The notes: generated from the letters alone by a model not told the origin. DNA of 42,084 bases from an uncultured Gammaproteobacteria bacterium (GCA_964597575.1 CAZQXB010000001.1:660511-702594); one strand, 5' to 3'; counted from the stretch's first letter, positions 1 through 7,221 are shown. Made by a program: numbers and translations.

Positions 1-1914
1 TTGTATCTTTTCAAGCTTGTCTTGAGGCAAGACATGAGCAACCACATCATCAATACCGACCAAAGAGGCGATGTATTTTGCGGCCCTCTCATCGTCACCA
101 GTAAGCATGACCACTTTGATTCCAAGCTTGTGCAGATCGGCAACAGCTTGCTTGGATTCCTGCTTTATTTCGTCGGCCACCATCACAAAACCAAGCACTT
201 TTTCTTTTGTGGCGAGAATGACGGGCGTTTTACCTTGAGAAGTAAACTCGTGGAGTTTGCCAACATCAAAAGAAAGTTTGAGGTCGCTTACAAGTTTTGC
301 GTTGCCGACAAAATATTCGACATCTTTGATTCTGCCCTTTAAACCTTTGCCTTGTAGGCCTTCAAATTCTGAAGTCTCTAAAAGAGGAATATCTTTTTCT
401 TGAGTATAGCTCACGATAGCGTGCGCTATCGGGTGCTCGGATTTTTTTTCGAGCGAAGCAATGACTGATACAAGTTCGTTCTCACTTAGATCAGAGAGAT
501 TCTCAATATTTACCAGAGTCGGCTTACCTTTGGTAATCGTTCCCGTCTTATCAACCACCACGGTATCGACCTTGTGAAGTTTCTCAAGAGTTGCCGCATC
601 TTTGATGAGTATACCTTCTTTGGCACCCTTACCCACACCAACGATAATAGCAGTCGGTGTGGCCAATCCAAGGGCGCACGGACATGCAATAACTAGAATG
701 CCTACAAAAGAGACCAAACCGAATGAGAGAGCTTGTGAGAAGCCTAAATATTGCGATCCGAATATAAGCCACGCGTCAAGCGCAAGAAACGCGATGACGA
801 GAACGATAGGCACAAATACTGCGGAAATTTTATCTGCCAATGCTTGAATAGGAGCTTTACTTCCTTGAGCATCTTCGACCATTTTGATAATCTGGGCGAG
901 CAAAGTCTCTGATCCAACTTTCGTTGCTTTGAAAGTAAACGAACCGCTGGTATTGATCGTTCCGGCTACCACAGAGTCGCCGATCTTTTTTTGCGCTGGC
1001 ATTGGCTCGCCAGTGACCATAGACTCGTCGATAAAGGAGCCACCTTCAGTTATCACACCGTCTACTGGAATCTTTGCGCCTGGCTTGATAATGACCAAGT
1101 CCCCATGCTTAACATCGTTTACTGAGATCTCGATTTCCTTGCCATCACGAATCACAAGCGCGGTTTTGGCTTGGAGATTGAGTAGCTTTTCAATCGCATC
1201 ACCTGTCTTTATTTTTGATCGTGCCTCTAAATATTTTCCGAGAGCGATAAACGTAATGACCACAATCGTCACGTCGTAGTATTGATATTCAACATTTATA
1301 AAAGGTCGTAATACTTCCTCAAAAGCGGTGACCGCAAAACTGTATAGAAAAGCCGCAACGGTTCCGATACCGATCAGCGTGTCCATGTTCGCTTTGCCGT
1401 AGCGAAGGAATCTATAAAAGCCGAGTAGGTAGGGCTTGCCGACTACAAAAAGAATGTAGGTCGCGAGCAGTGGAAGGAGATGATGAAAAAATTCCATCGT
1501 CGTTACGTTCATTTTCGCCACGATCTCGTACTTCACGAGAATGTCCCAACCCATGATAAAAGCGGCGATAATAGCAAGTGGTATAGCCGAGAGTGCTTTT
1601 GTCCGCATATCAGCGACTTCCGCCAACTTTTCTTTTTTCGATTGATTAAGCCCTAGATGAGAGGCATGTTCTTCTGCTGACATACCCATTTCTTCTGCAG
1701 TTGCAGGAATCTCTAAAGAGTATCCGAGCGGTTCTATCTGCTTGGAAAGATCGTGGGGGTTTGTCTTTGTTGGATCAAAAGAAACTTTGGCTTTTTCTGT
1801 GCCGTAATTCACCTCTGCTGAATGTACGCCCTCAACCTTTTTAAATGTCTTCTCGATGACCGACGAGCACGAAGCGCAATGCATCCCTTTTACTTTGTAA
1901 ATATGTGTACTCAT
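1..1914 (-). CDS. copA: Cu(I)-translocating P1B-type ATPase, 3' end runs off the window
   Basis: Not in the ORF track because it is open at the window edge; translated by hand from ATG at 1914: MSTHIYKVKGMHCASCSSVIEK (HMA domain), NMDTLIGIG, TGEP, IACPCALGLATP, DKTGTITKG, SEHP, MLTGD. 638 codons in frame to position 1. Confidence 0.95.
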   Translation of the reverse strand, partial: MSTHIYKVKGMHCASCSSVIEKTFKKVEGVHSAEVNYGTEKAKVSFDPTKTNPHDLSKQIEPLGYSLEIPATAEEMGMSAEEHASHLGLNQSKKEKLAEVADMRTKALSAIPLAIIAAFIMGWDILVKYEIVAKMNVTTMEFFHHLLPLLATYILFVVGKPYLLGFYRFLRYGKANMDTLIGIGTVAAFLYSFAVTAFEEVLRPFINVEYQYYDVTIVVITFIALGKYLEARSKIKTGDAIEKLLNLQAKTALVIRDGKEIEISVNDVKHGDLVIIKPGAKIPVDGVITEGGSFIDESMVTGEPMPAQKKIGDSVVAGTINTSGSFTFKATKVGSETLLAQIIKMVEDAQGSKAPIQALADKISAVFVPIVLVIAFLALDAWLIFGSQYLGFSQALSFGLVSFVGILVIACPCALGLATPTAIIVGVGKGAKEGILIKDAATLEKLHKVDTVVVDKTGTITKGKPTLVNIENLSDLSENELVSVIASLEKKSEHPIAHAIVSYTQEKDIPLLETSEFEGLQGKGLKGRIKDVEYFVGNAKLVSDLKLSFDVGKLHEFTSQGKTPVILATKEKVLGFVMVADEIKQESKQAVADLHKLGIKVVMLTGDDERAAKYIASLVGIDDVVAHVLPQDKLEKIQ

Positions 1915-1917
1915 AAA

Positions 1918-2193
1918 TTAATTTGAAAGATTGTAGATTTTAAGGAGTTCCTTAATAGCACTGTCCTTATTTTCTTTCATACGCTCAAACGCGCATGTGT
2001 CGAGGTGCCCCGCAAGGAGTTCTTTTTTAACGGTTTTCAAAAGCCCGACCACGCTGTCCGTCTGCTGAATGATTTCGGGACAATATTTGTCTTCCTCAAT
2101 CATCGCAATCACTTTTTCCAAAGTCCCGCGTGCTTGCTTCGCAAGTTTGAGTGACTTTGCCTTTTTTGTTGATAACTTGTTGTCGTTACTCAT
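1918..2193 (-). CDS. csoR: CsoR/RcnR-family metal-sensing repressor
   Basis: 91 aa with YCPEIIQQ...GHLDTC (Cys-His-Cys Cu ligands), directly upstream of copA (3-bp gap). Confidence 0.88.
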   Translation of the reverse strand: MSNDNKLSTKKAKSLKLAKQARGTLEKVIAMIEEDKYCPEIIQQTDSVVGLLKTVKKELLAGHLDTCAFERMKENKDSAIKELLKIYNLSN

Positions 2194-2215
2194 ATTTTTT
2201 GTGATATACTAAACC

Positions 2216-2238
2216 TACTACCTAGGGTATAGGTAGTA
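2216..2238. promoter_or_regulatory. Candidate CsoR operator
   Basis: Perfect 9-bp inverted repeat TACTACCTA-gggta-TAGGTAGTA with a G/C tract at the centre, overlapping the -10 and start of the csoR-copA promoter; resembles TAC/GTA-flanked G-tract CsoR operators. Confidence 0.6.
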
Positions 2239-2263
2239 TAACATTATGAAAATAAATTTGCAA
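2235..2263 (-). promoter_or_regulatory. sigma70-type promoter of csoR-copA
   Basis: Minus strand TTGCAA-17 bp-TATACT with a TGn extended -10. Confidence 0.7.
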
Positions 2264-2277
2264 ACGGCGAAGCAAAA

Positions 2278-2367
2278 CCAAAAAATTTCCTTTCCATTTC
2301 TTTTTCCGCTTCGCGGCGGAGGGGTGGGGGGAGGAGACGCGAGAAAAATGCAAGGAAATTTTTTTGG
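2278..2367. repeat. Imperfect inverted-repeat stem-loop element
   Basis: Arms ccaaaaaatttcctt (2278-2292) and aaggaaatttttttgg (2352-2367), with a perfect 13-bp core, enclose a G-rich loop containing the mini-hairpin CCGC-TTC-GCGG. Confidence 0.65.
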
Positions 2368-2477
2368 CTTTTGCACACGCGAGTCCGCGAGCGTGTCCGA
2401 GGCGCATTGGTTCGCTTCACCAGGCAATCGGAGCGTACGATTTGGGTCAAAGCCACCACGCGCTCCGCGCGTGCGAA

Positions 2478-2654
2478 TCAGTCAAAATCCTGCGGATTTT
2501 TCCCGAAATACATTCGAACTTCGTCCAATACACACCGCCAAAATTGAAAATCCGAATCGGAAGCCGAAATGGGGTCGCGCCGCAGGCGCGACACAAACAC
2601 ATTCCCGCCAAAAATTCCTGAATCCAAAAGGTTTTTCCACGCTCCGCGTGGCTC
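2478..2654 (-). other. Silent alternative 3' end (C-terminal cassette) of the serine recombinase
   Basis: Minus-strand frame EPRGAWKNLLDSGIFGGNVFVSRLRRDPISASDSDFQFWR-CVLDEVRMYFGKNPQDFD-stop. The first 40 codons are identical to LSR codons 461-500; there is no credible start of its own. Confidence 0.75.
2535..2654. repeat. Left copy of a 120-bp perfect inverted repeat
   Basis: Reverse complement matches 4056-4175 base for base; identity stops abruptly at both ends. Confidence 0.97.
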
Positions 2655-2675
2655 CTCGTTTGCCAATACAATTCT

Positions 2676-4301
2676 ATGAATAATCAAACCAAAAAGTTTT
2701 TCATATACACTCGCAAGTCTACGGACGACAAAGACAGACAGGTTCGTAGTATCGCTGATCAGCTTTCAGAGTTAAAGGAGTTAGCGAGAAAAGAGCAGTT
2801 AGATGTTGTTGATGTCTTTGTCGAAAAGCAGACCGCCAAAATACCAGGCCGTCCGGTGTTTGGTGAAATGTTGGAACGAATGGAGCGTGGCGAAGCGACT
2901 GGTATTTTGGCGTGGCATCCCGATAGACTTGCTCGCAACTCGGTAGATGGAGGAAAAATCATCTACCTCGTTGATACTGGCGTCATTTCAGAAATGAAAT
3001 TTCCAACTTTTTGGTTTGATCCGACACCGCAAGGCAAATTCATGCTTTCAATCGCTTTTTCGCAATCCAAGTATTATGTGGACAACCTAAGCGAGAATAT
3101 CAAGCGCGGACATCGCAACAAAGTGAAGGAAGGCATATGGCCTCAAATGTCGCCACTTGGTTATGTGAACAAAAATAAACGAATTGTGCCTGATGAGAAT
3201 ATCGCCCCTCTAATCAAGAAAACATTTGAGGCCTATGCAACTGGAAACTTCACTTTGCGGGAACTTCGCGACAAATTTAACGCACTTGGATTGAAGCGAA
3301 AAAGCGGAAAGGAACTTGCGGTGTCGAATTATCAAAAACTTTTGAAAAATCCAATTTACACAGGTTTGATGTTGTATAACGGTGAAATACACGAGGGCAA
3401 ACACGAACCGATTATCACAAAGAAACTTTTTGATTCTGTTCAGGAAGTGATGATGAGAAAATCTAAGCCGAAATCTCGCGGACTGAAACCATATCTGTAT
3501 CGCGGATTTTTCCGTTGTGGAGAATGTGGTTGCTTTATCACTACTGAAACTCAAAAAGGTCATAACTATTTACGATGTACCAAACGGAAAAATCCTTGTT
3601 CACAAAAGTATACTCGCGAAGAAATCATCACTTCCGAAATTCAAAAGGAAATCAAAAAAGTTTCTTTGCCAGACGATTGGGCTTCTTGGATGTTGGAGGA
3701 GAATAGAAAAGATATGTTGAGTGAAGCCCAATCGTCTACGCTTTTTGCAGACAACACAAAAGCCGATATTTCTCTTTTGGATTCAAAAATAGATAAGCTG
3801 ATGAACGCATATCTTGAGAGCGCACTTTCGCTAGAGGAATATCGTGATGCCAAGAACGCTCTCGTTGCCTCAAAACAGCTTCTCAAAGAGAAATTATCGG
3901 CTTTTGAGCAAAAAGCGAATAATCGGTTCGAACTTACCGAAAAGTTTTTGAAATACAATATGGAATTGGCAAACGAGGGAACAAATGAAGAAAAACTTCA
4001 TTTGTTCAAAAAAGTCGGTTCGAACTTTCAAATTAAGGATCGAACCGTACTTTTTGAGCCACGCGGAGCGTGGAAAAACCTTTTGGATTCAGGAATTTTT
4101 GGCGGGAATGTGTTTGTGTCGCGCCTGCGGCGCGACCCCATTTCGGCTTCCGATTCGGATTTTCAATTTTGGCGGAAGGAGAGGGATTCGAACCCTCGAT
4201 ACCTTTTCAGGTATGCCGCCTTTCCAAGGCGGTGCACTCGACCACTATGCGACCCTTCCATTATTTTTATCGGTCTCATTTTTCTTTCCTCTCGTATATA
4301 A
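2676..4301 (+). CDS. Large serine recombinase/integrase (resolvase + recombinase + Zn-ribbon + coiled coil)
   Basis: Catalytic YTRKST, GRPVF, DRLARN, E-helix (LSENIKRG), PLGY, HEPII, Zn ribbon FRCGECGC...YLRCTKRKNPC, coiled-coil segment. The last 41 aa are read antisense through tRNA-Ser. Confidence 0.95.
   Translation: MNNQTKKFFIYTRKSTDDKDRQVRSIADQLSELKELARKEQLDVVDVFVEKQTAKIPGRPVFGEMLERMERGEATGILAWHPDRLARNSVDGGKIIYLVDTGVISEMKFPTFWFDPTPQGKFMLSIAFSQSKYYVDNLSENIKRGHRNKVKEGIWPQMSPLGYVNKNKRIVPDENIAPLIKKTFEAYATGNFTLRELRDKFNALGLKRKSGKELAVSNYQKLLKNPIYTGLMLYNGEIHEGKHEPIITKKLFDSVQEVMMRKSKPKSRGLKPYLYRGFFRCGECGCFITTETQKGHNYLRCTKRKNPCSQKYTREEIITSEIQKEIKKVSLPDDWASWMLEENRKDMLSEAQSSTLFADNTKADISLLDSKIDKLMNAYLESALSLEEYRDAKNALVASKQLLKEKLSAFEQKANNRFELTEKFLKYNMELANEGTNEEKLHLFKKVGSNFQIKDRTVLFEPRGAWKNLLDSGIFGGNVFVSRLRRDPISASDSDFQFWRKERDSNPRYLFRYAAFPRRCTRPLCDPSIIFIGLIFLSSRI
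4056..4175. repeat. Right copy of the 120-bp perfect inverted repeat
   Basis: Encodes LSR codons 461-500 and ends in TGGCGG, the last 6 nt of the tRNA-Ser gene. Confidence 0.97.
4170..4259 (-). tRNA. tRNA-Ser(GGA)
   Basis: GGAAGGGTCGCATAGTGGTCGAGTGCACCGCCTTGGAAAGGCGGCATACCTGAAAAGGTATCGAGGGTTCGAATCCCTCTCCTTCCGCCA: 90 nt, anticodon arm CCGCC-TT-GGA-AA-GGCGG, long variable arm, GTTCGAA T-loop, encoded CCA. Confidence 0.97.
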
Positions 4302-5048
4302 CCAAGCACCAGAAAGTACGAGAAGAATAGCAAAATATTGCCCCGGAGTCAATCCAGCATAGCGGATGTCGCTCAGGGCAATATCAGTGGCTCGCCAAAA
4401 ATCGAGAATGAACCGAAGTATCCCGTAGTACATGAATAATACGGCACTGTACCAACCAGAAAACTTTTTCGTCCATTTATAACTGAGTGCAAACCAAATA
4501 GCCAACGGGAGCATGGCAATAATTTCAAGGAGTGCCATATCGAGCCGCATCACGCCATCACGCCATGGAGTTGCCAAAAAGCATCCGGGGCATGGCTGCC
4601 CAGCATGATCGTGAATCAACACACACCCTACTCGCCCAATAATCCAACCAAATACTGCGGAATACGACATTAAATCTCCAAGCGCTCGAAGGCTTACAGA
4701 GCCGGTCCTCTTCTTATACCAAACATCCCATAGAATACTTACAGAAGCCCCCAAAAGCCCCCCGAACGAAGAGAGGCCCCCTTGCCATATAGCGAACACC
4801 TCTAGGGGATGCTTCATGAAGTAATCGGGGTAATAGAAGAATACATGAGCGAGACGAGACCCAATAAACCCCCAAATAATAGCGCGAAGAGTGATACCAA
4901 ATATCATCTCCGTGTTATACCCTAATCGTTTACTTTCTCGATTTAAAATAGCGAAAACAACCAGAATTCCGAGGGCTACACAAAGCCCCCATACTTGAAT
5001 AGGAATGAACCCTAACCGAATAACATGGAATTCAAACCACGGGATCAT
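4245..5048 (-). CDS. lgt: Prolipoprotein diacylglyceryl transferase
   Basis: Multi-TM protein with IWQGGLSSFGG, GRVGC..H, YGILRFILDFWR. The stop codon TAG lies within the tRNA-Ser 5' end. Confidence 0.92.
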   Translation of the reverse strand: MIPWFEFHVIRLGFIPIQVWGLCVALGILVVFAILNRESKRLGYNTEMIFGITLRAIIWGFIGSRLAHVFFYYPDYFMKHPLEVFAIWQGGLSSFGGLLGASVSILWDVWYKKRTGSVSLRALGDLMSYSAVFGWIIGRVGCVLIHDHAGQPCPGCFLATPWRDGVMRLDMALLEIIAMLPLAIWFALSYKWTKKFSGWYSAVLFMYYGILRFILDFWRATDIALSDIRYAGLTPGQYFAILLVLSGAWLYTRGKKNETDKNNGRVA

Positions 5049-6391
5049 ACAGAGGCACGGCGAGCAGCACCATCGGCTTCAATAATTTCAATAATTTCTT
5101 CCATTGAATCGACCACATGGTATAACTTTTCGTCTCCAACTGCGATGGTCGCAAATTTCTTTAAGAGTACCTTCTGATTATACTCATCAATATGATTCCA
5201 GAATTTCTTGTCGTACAAAATAATAGGGAGCGGATCCATTTTTCTCGTTTGGATCAGTGTCAAAATTTCAAACAACTGATGCATCGTACCAAGTCCACCT
5301 GGAAAAAAGACAAAGGCTTTTGTTGGGGCAGTTACAATGAGCTTGCGGGTAAATGGAAAACTAAACAAAATAGAACGAGAAAGATATGGGTTCACTTCCA
5401 CATGCTTCCCTACTTTCATACCGATTCCAAGCGATACGCCGCCGGCTTCAAACGTCCCTTTATTTACGGCTTCAGCTACGCCCTTTTTTGCCCCACTTAC
5501 CACTTCGTACCCATGGCGAGCCAGTTCCCCACCCAAGCGATACGCTACTTCATAGTATGGGTTATCTGGAGTAATGCTGTGGGTTCCAAGTACGGTTACG
5601 GCTTTTGACAAACCATTCACAAAATCGAACCCTTCCACAAGTTCAGCCATCACGCGAAAAATCTTCCAATCAATATTTCCTTCACACAGAAAATTATTCG
5701 GTGTTAAGTCACATTCTTGAGAATTATCTTTTACATCCTTTAAAAGTTCGAACACTTCGTCTGCGGTGTCAACCAAATGCCATGAATCTACTTTTTTTGC
5801 CGCAACTGACCCCACGTCAACACATTCGTGTTTCAAAAAGTCGATTAATGGCTGCCAAAATTCTCGACCAACAAGCACAATCGGCGCTTTGGAGAGCATG
5901 CGCTGATCCATCAAATCCACCACTTCAAAAAACTCATCCATGGTACCGTATCCCCCTGGAAAAAACACAAACGCATTGGCAGGCGACGTCAGCATGACTT
6001 TACGTGTGAAGAAGTAGAAGAAGCCAATGGATTCTTTTACATACGGGTTCACTCGCTGCTCCATAGGCAGCTGAATGTTTAACCCAACCGACGGAGCCCC
6101 CACCTCAAACGCTCCGCGGTTCGCCCCTTCCATAATTCCAGGGCCGCCTCCAGTAATAATAGTGAATCCATGTGAACCAAGTTTTGCCCCAACGCCCTGC
6201 GCAATGCGATAAAACTCGTGATCAGCATTAAAACGCGCCGAGCCCATAACAGTAATCTCACGCTTTAATGAAATCAAAAAGTTATACCCCTCTACCATTT
6301 CCGCCATAATACGAAAAATCTTCCATGTATCTCGGTAATCATTTATATCTCTCATTCCACCGGTCGAGGGTTGTAGCGGCGTATTTACCAT
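5045..6391 (-). CDS. LOG-family (TIGR00730-like) protein with two tandem LOG domains
   Basis: TGGGPGIMEGANRG, TRK, PGGYGTMDE in domain 1; repeated WKIFR.MAE.VEG leader, TRK and PGGLGTMHQ in domain 2. Confidence 0.88.
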   Translation of the reverse strand: MVNTPLQPSTGGMRDINDYRDTWKIFRIMAEMVEGYNFLISLKREITVMGSARFNADHEFYRIAQGVGAKLGSHGFTIITGGGPGIMEGANRGAFEVGAPSVGLNIQLPMEQRVNPYVKESIGFFYFFTRKVMLTSPANAFVFFPGGYGTMDEFFEVVDLMDQRMLSKAPIVLVGREFWQPLIDFLKHECVDVGSVAAKKVDSWHLVDTADEVFELLKDVKDNSQECDLTPNNFLCEGNIDWKIFRVMAELVEGFDFVNGLSKAVTVLGTHSITPDNPYYEVAYRLGGELARHGYEVVSGAKKGVAEAVNKGTFEAGGVSLGIGMKVGKHVEVNPYLSRSILFSFPFTRKLIVTAPTKAFVFFPGGLGTMHQLFEILTLIQTRKMDPLPIILYDKKFWNHIDEYNQKVLLKKFATIAVGDEKLYHVVDSMEEIIEIIEADGAARRASV

Positions 6392-6405
6392 AGGGTCAAA
6401 ATCGG

Positions 6406-7221
6406 TTAAGGGAGTTTAATAAGTTCTAGACACAGGAACAAGGGAATTTCCTTTCGCGCCCGGTCGTTTGCTTGAAAGCGCTTACCCGCGGGCCCAACAC
6501 GGTTCGAGATCCACTCTTCCAAACGGGTTACGGCAAATCGTTGCTTGTAAAAGAGTTTAAAGAAGAATTGGAGCGGTCGATGAAAGGAAAGTGTTTTAAT
6601 ATTCGGATTATCCCCCGGATGCATTTCAATACCCAATTTTGCTTCAGACATATAGGCATCAAGTCTGCGGTATTCTACATTTGCGCTCTCATCAAAACCC
6701 CATGAGCTTGATTTTGGAACACGGAATGTGGGGTGGTTCATCACCAAATACAATCGTCCGCCGGGTTTTAAAATACGACGACATTCTTTAAGTACATCAC
6801 CCGGTTTTTCCATGTTCTGGATGGCGAGCACAATCGTTGCCGCATCAAACGAAGCATCTGGTAAAAATGGCATGTGTTCTGCGTTTGAAGCCGTAAACTC
6901 TGCTTTACTTCCTGCCTGTTTTTTGGCAAATGCAATAAGTTCCGGGGAAATATCTACGCCATGTACCGCAGCACCCTTCTCGGCAAAGGCGTGAGAGAAA
7001 AAACCGCTTCCACAGGCAATATCTGCGATCCGCTCCCCTTTCTTTGGTTCAATCAAACGAAGCAGGTGTGGCAAAATCACATCGTATTGATACGTGCCGG
7101 GGCCAGTATTCACCAAATTATTATACCAATTTGCCACTTTACCCCATGAAGTAGTTTTGGGTTGCTGTGCTGGAGGCCGAATGGGAGGTTTTCCTACAGG
7201 GCTATATTCTCGTGGTTTCAT
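6406..7221 (-). CDS. Class I SAM-dependent methyltransferase
   Basis: IADIACGSGFF, GVDIS, FDAATIVLAI, RILKPGG motifs. Confidence 0.88.
   Translation of the reverse strand: MKPREYSPVGKPPIRPPAQQPKTTSWGKVANWYNNLVNTGPGTYQYDVILPHLLRLIEPKKGERIADIACGSGFFSHAFAEKGAAVHGVDISPELIAFAKKQAGSKAEFTASNAEHMPFLPDASFDAATIVLAIQNMEKPGDVLKECRRILKPGGRLYLVMNHPTFRVPKSSSWGFDESANVEYRRLDAYMSEAKLGIEMHPGDNPNIKTLSFHRPLQFFFKLFYKQRFAVTRLEEWISNRVGPAGKRFQANDRARKEIPLFLCLELIKLP

Larger units (their letters stand above)
1..4175. mobile_element. Probable integrative element or island at tRNA-Ser with LSR and copper-resistance cargo; left boundary not visible
   Basis: LSR joined to the tRNA 3' end plus adjacent copA/csoR. Inclusion of the copper genes in the element is inferred, not shown. 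Confidence 0.5.

Noticed and set aside
2320-2337. G-rich run GGAGGGGTGGGGGGAGG as a G-quadruplex
   Set aside because: Only two runs of three or more G; better explained as the loop of the flanking inverted repeat.
2218-2687. Six overlapping track ORFs (including 2246-2683 +, 145 aa)
   Set aside because: They cross a promoter, operator, hairpins and the inverted repeat, with Arg/Phe/Pro-biased composition. Only the minus-frame LSR tail copy is meaningful.
3985-4362. ORFs 3985-4362 and 4070-4330
   Set aside because: Alternate-frame read-through of the repeat and antisense tRNA (EGFEPS-type tRNA shadow); not independent genes.
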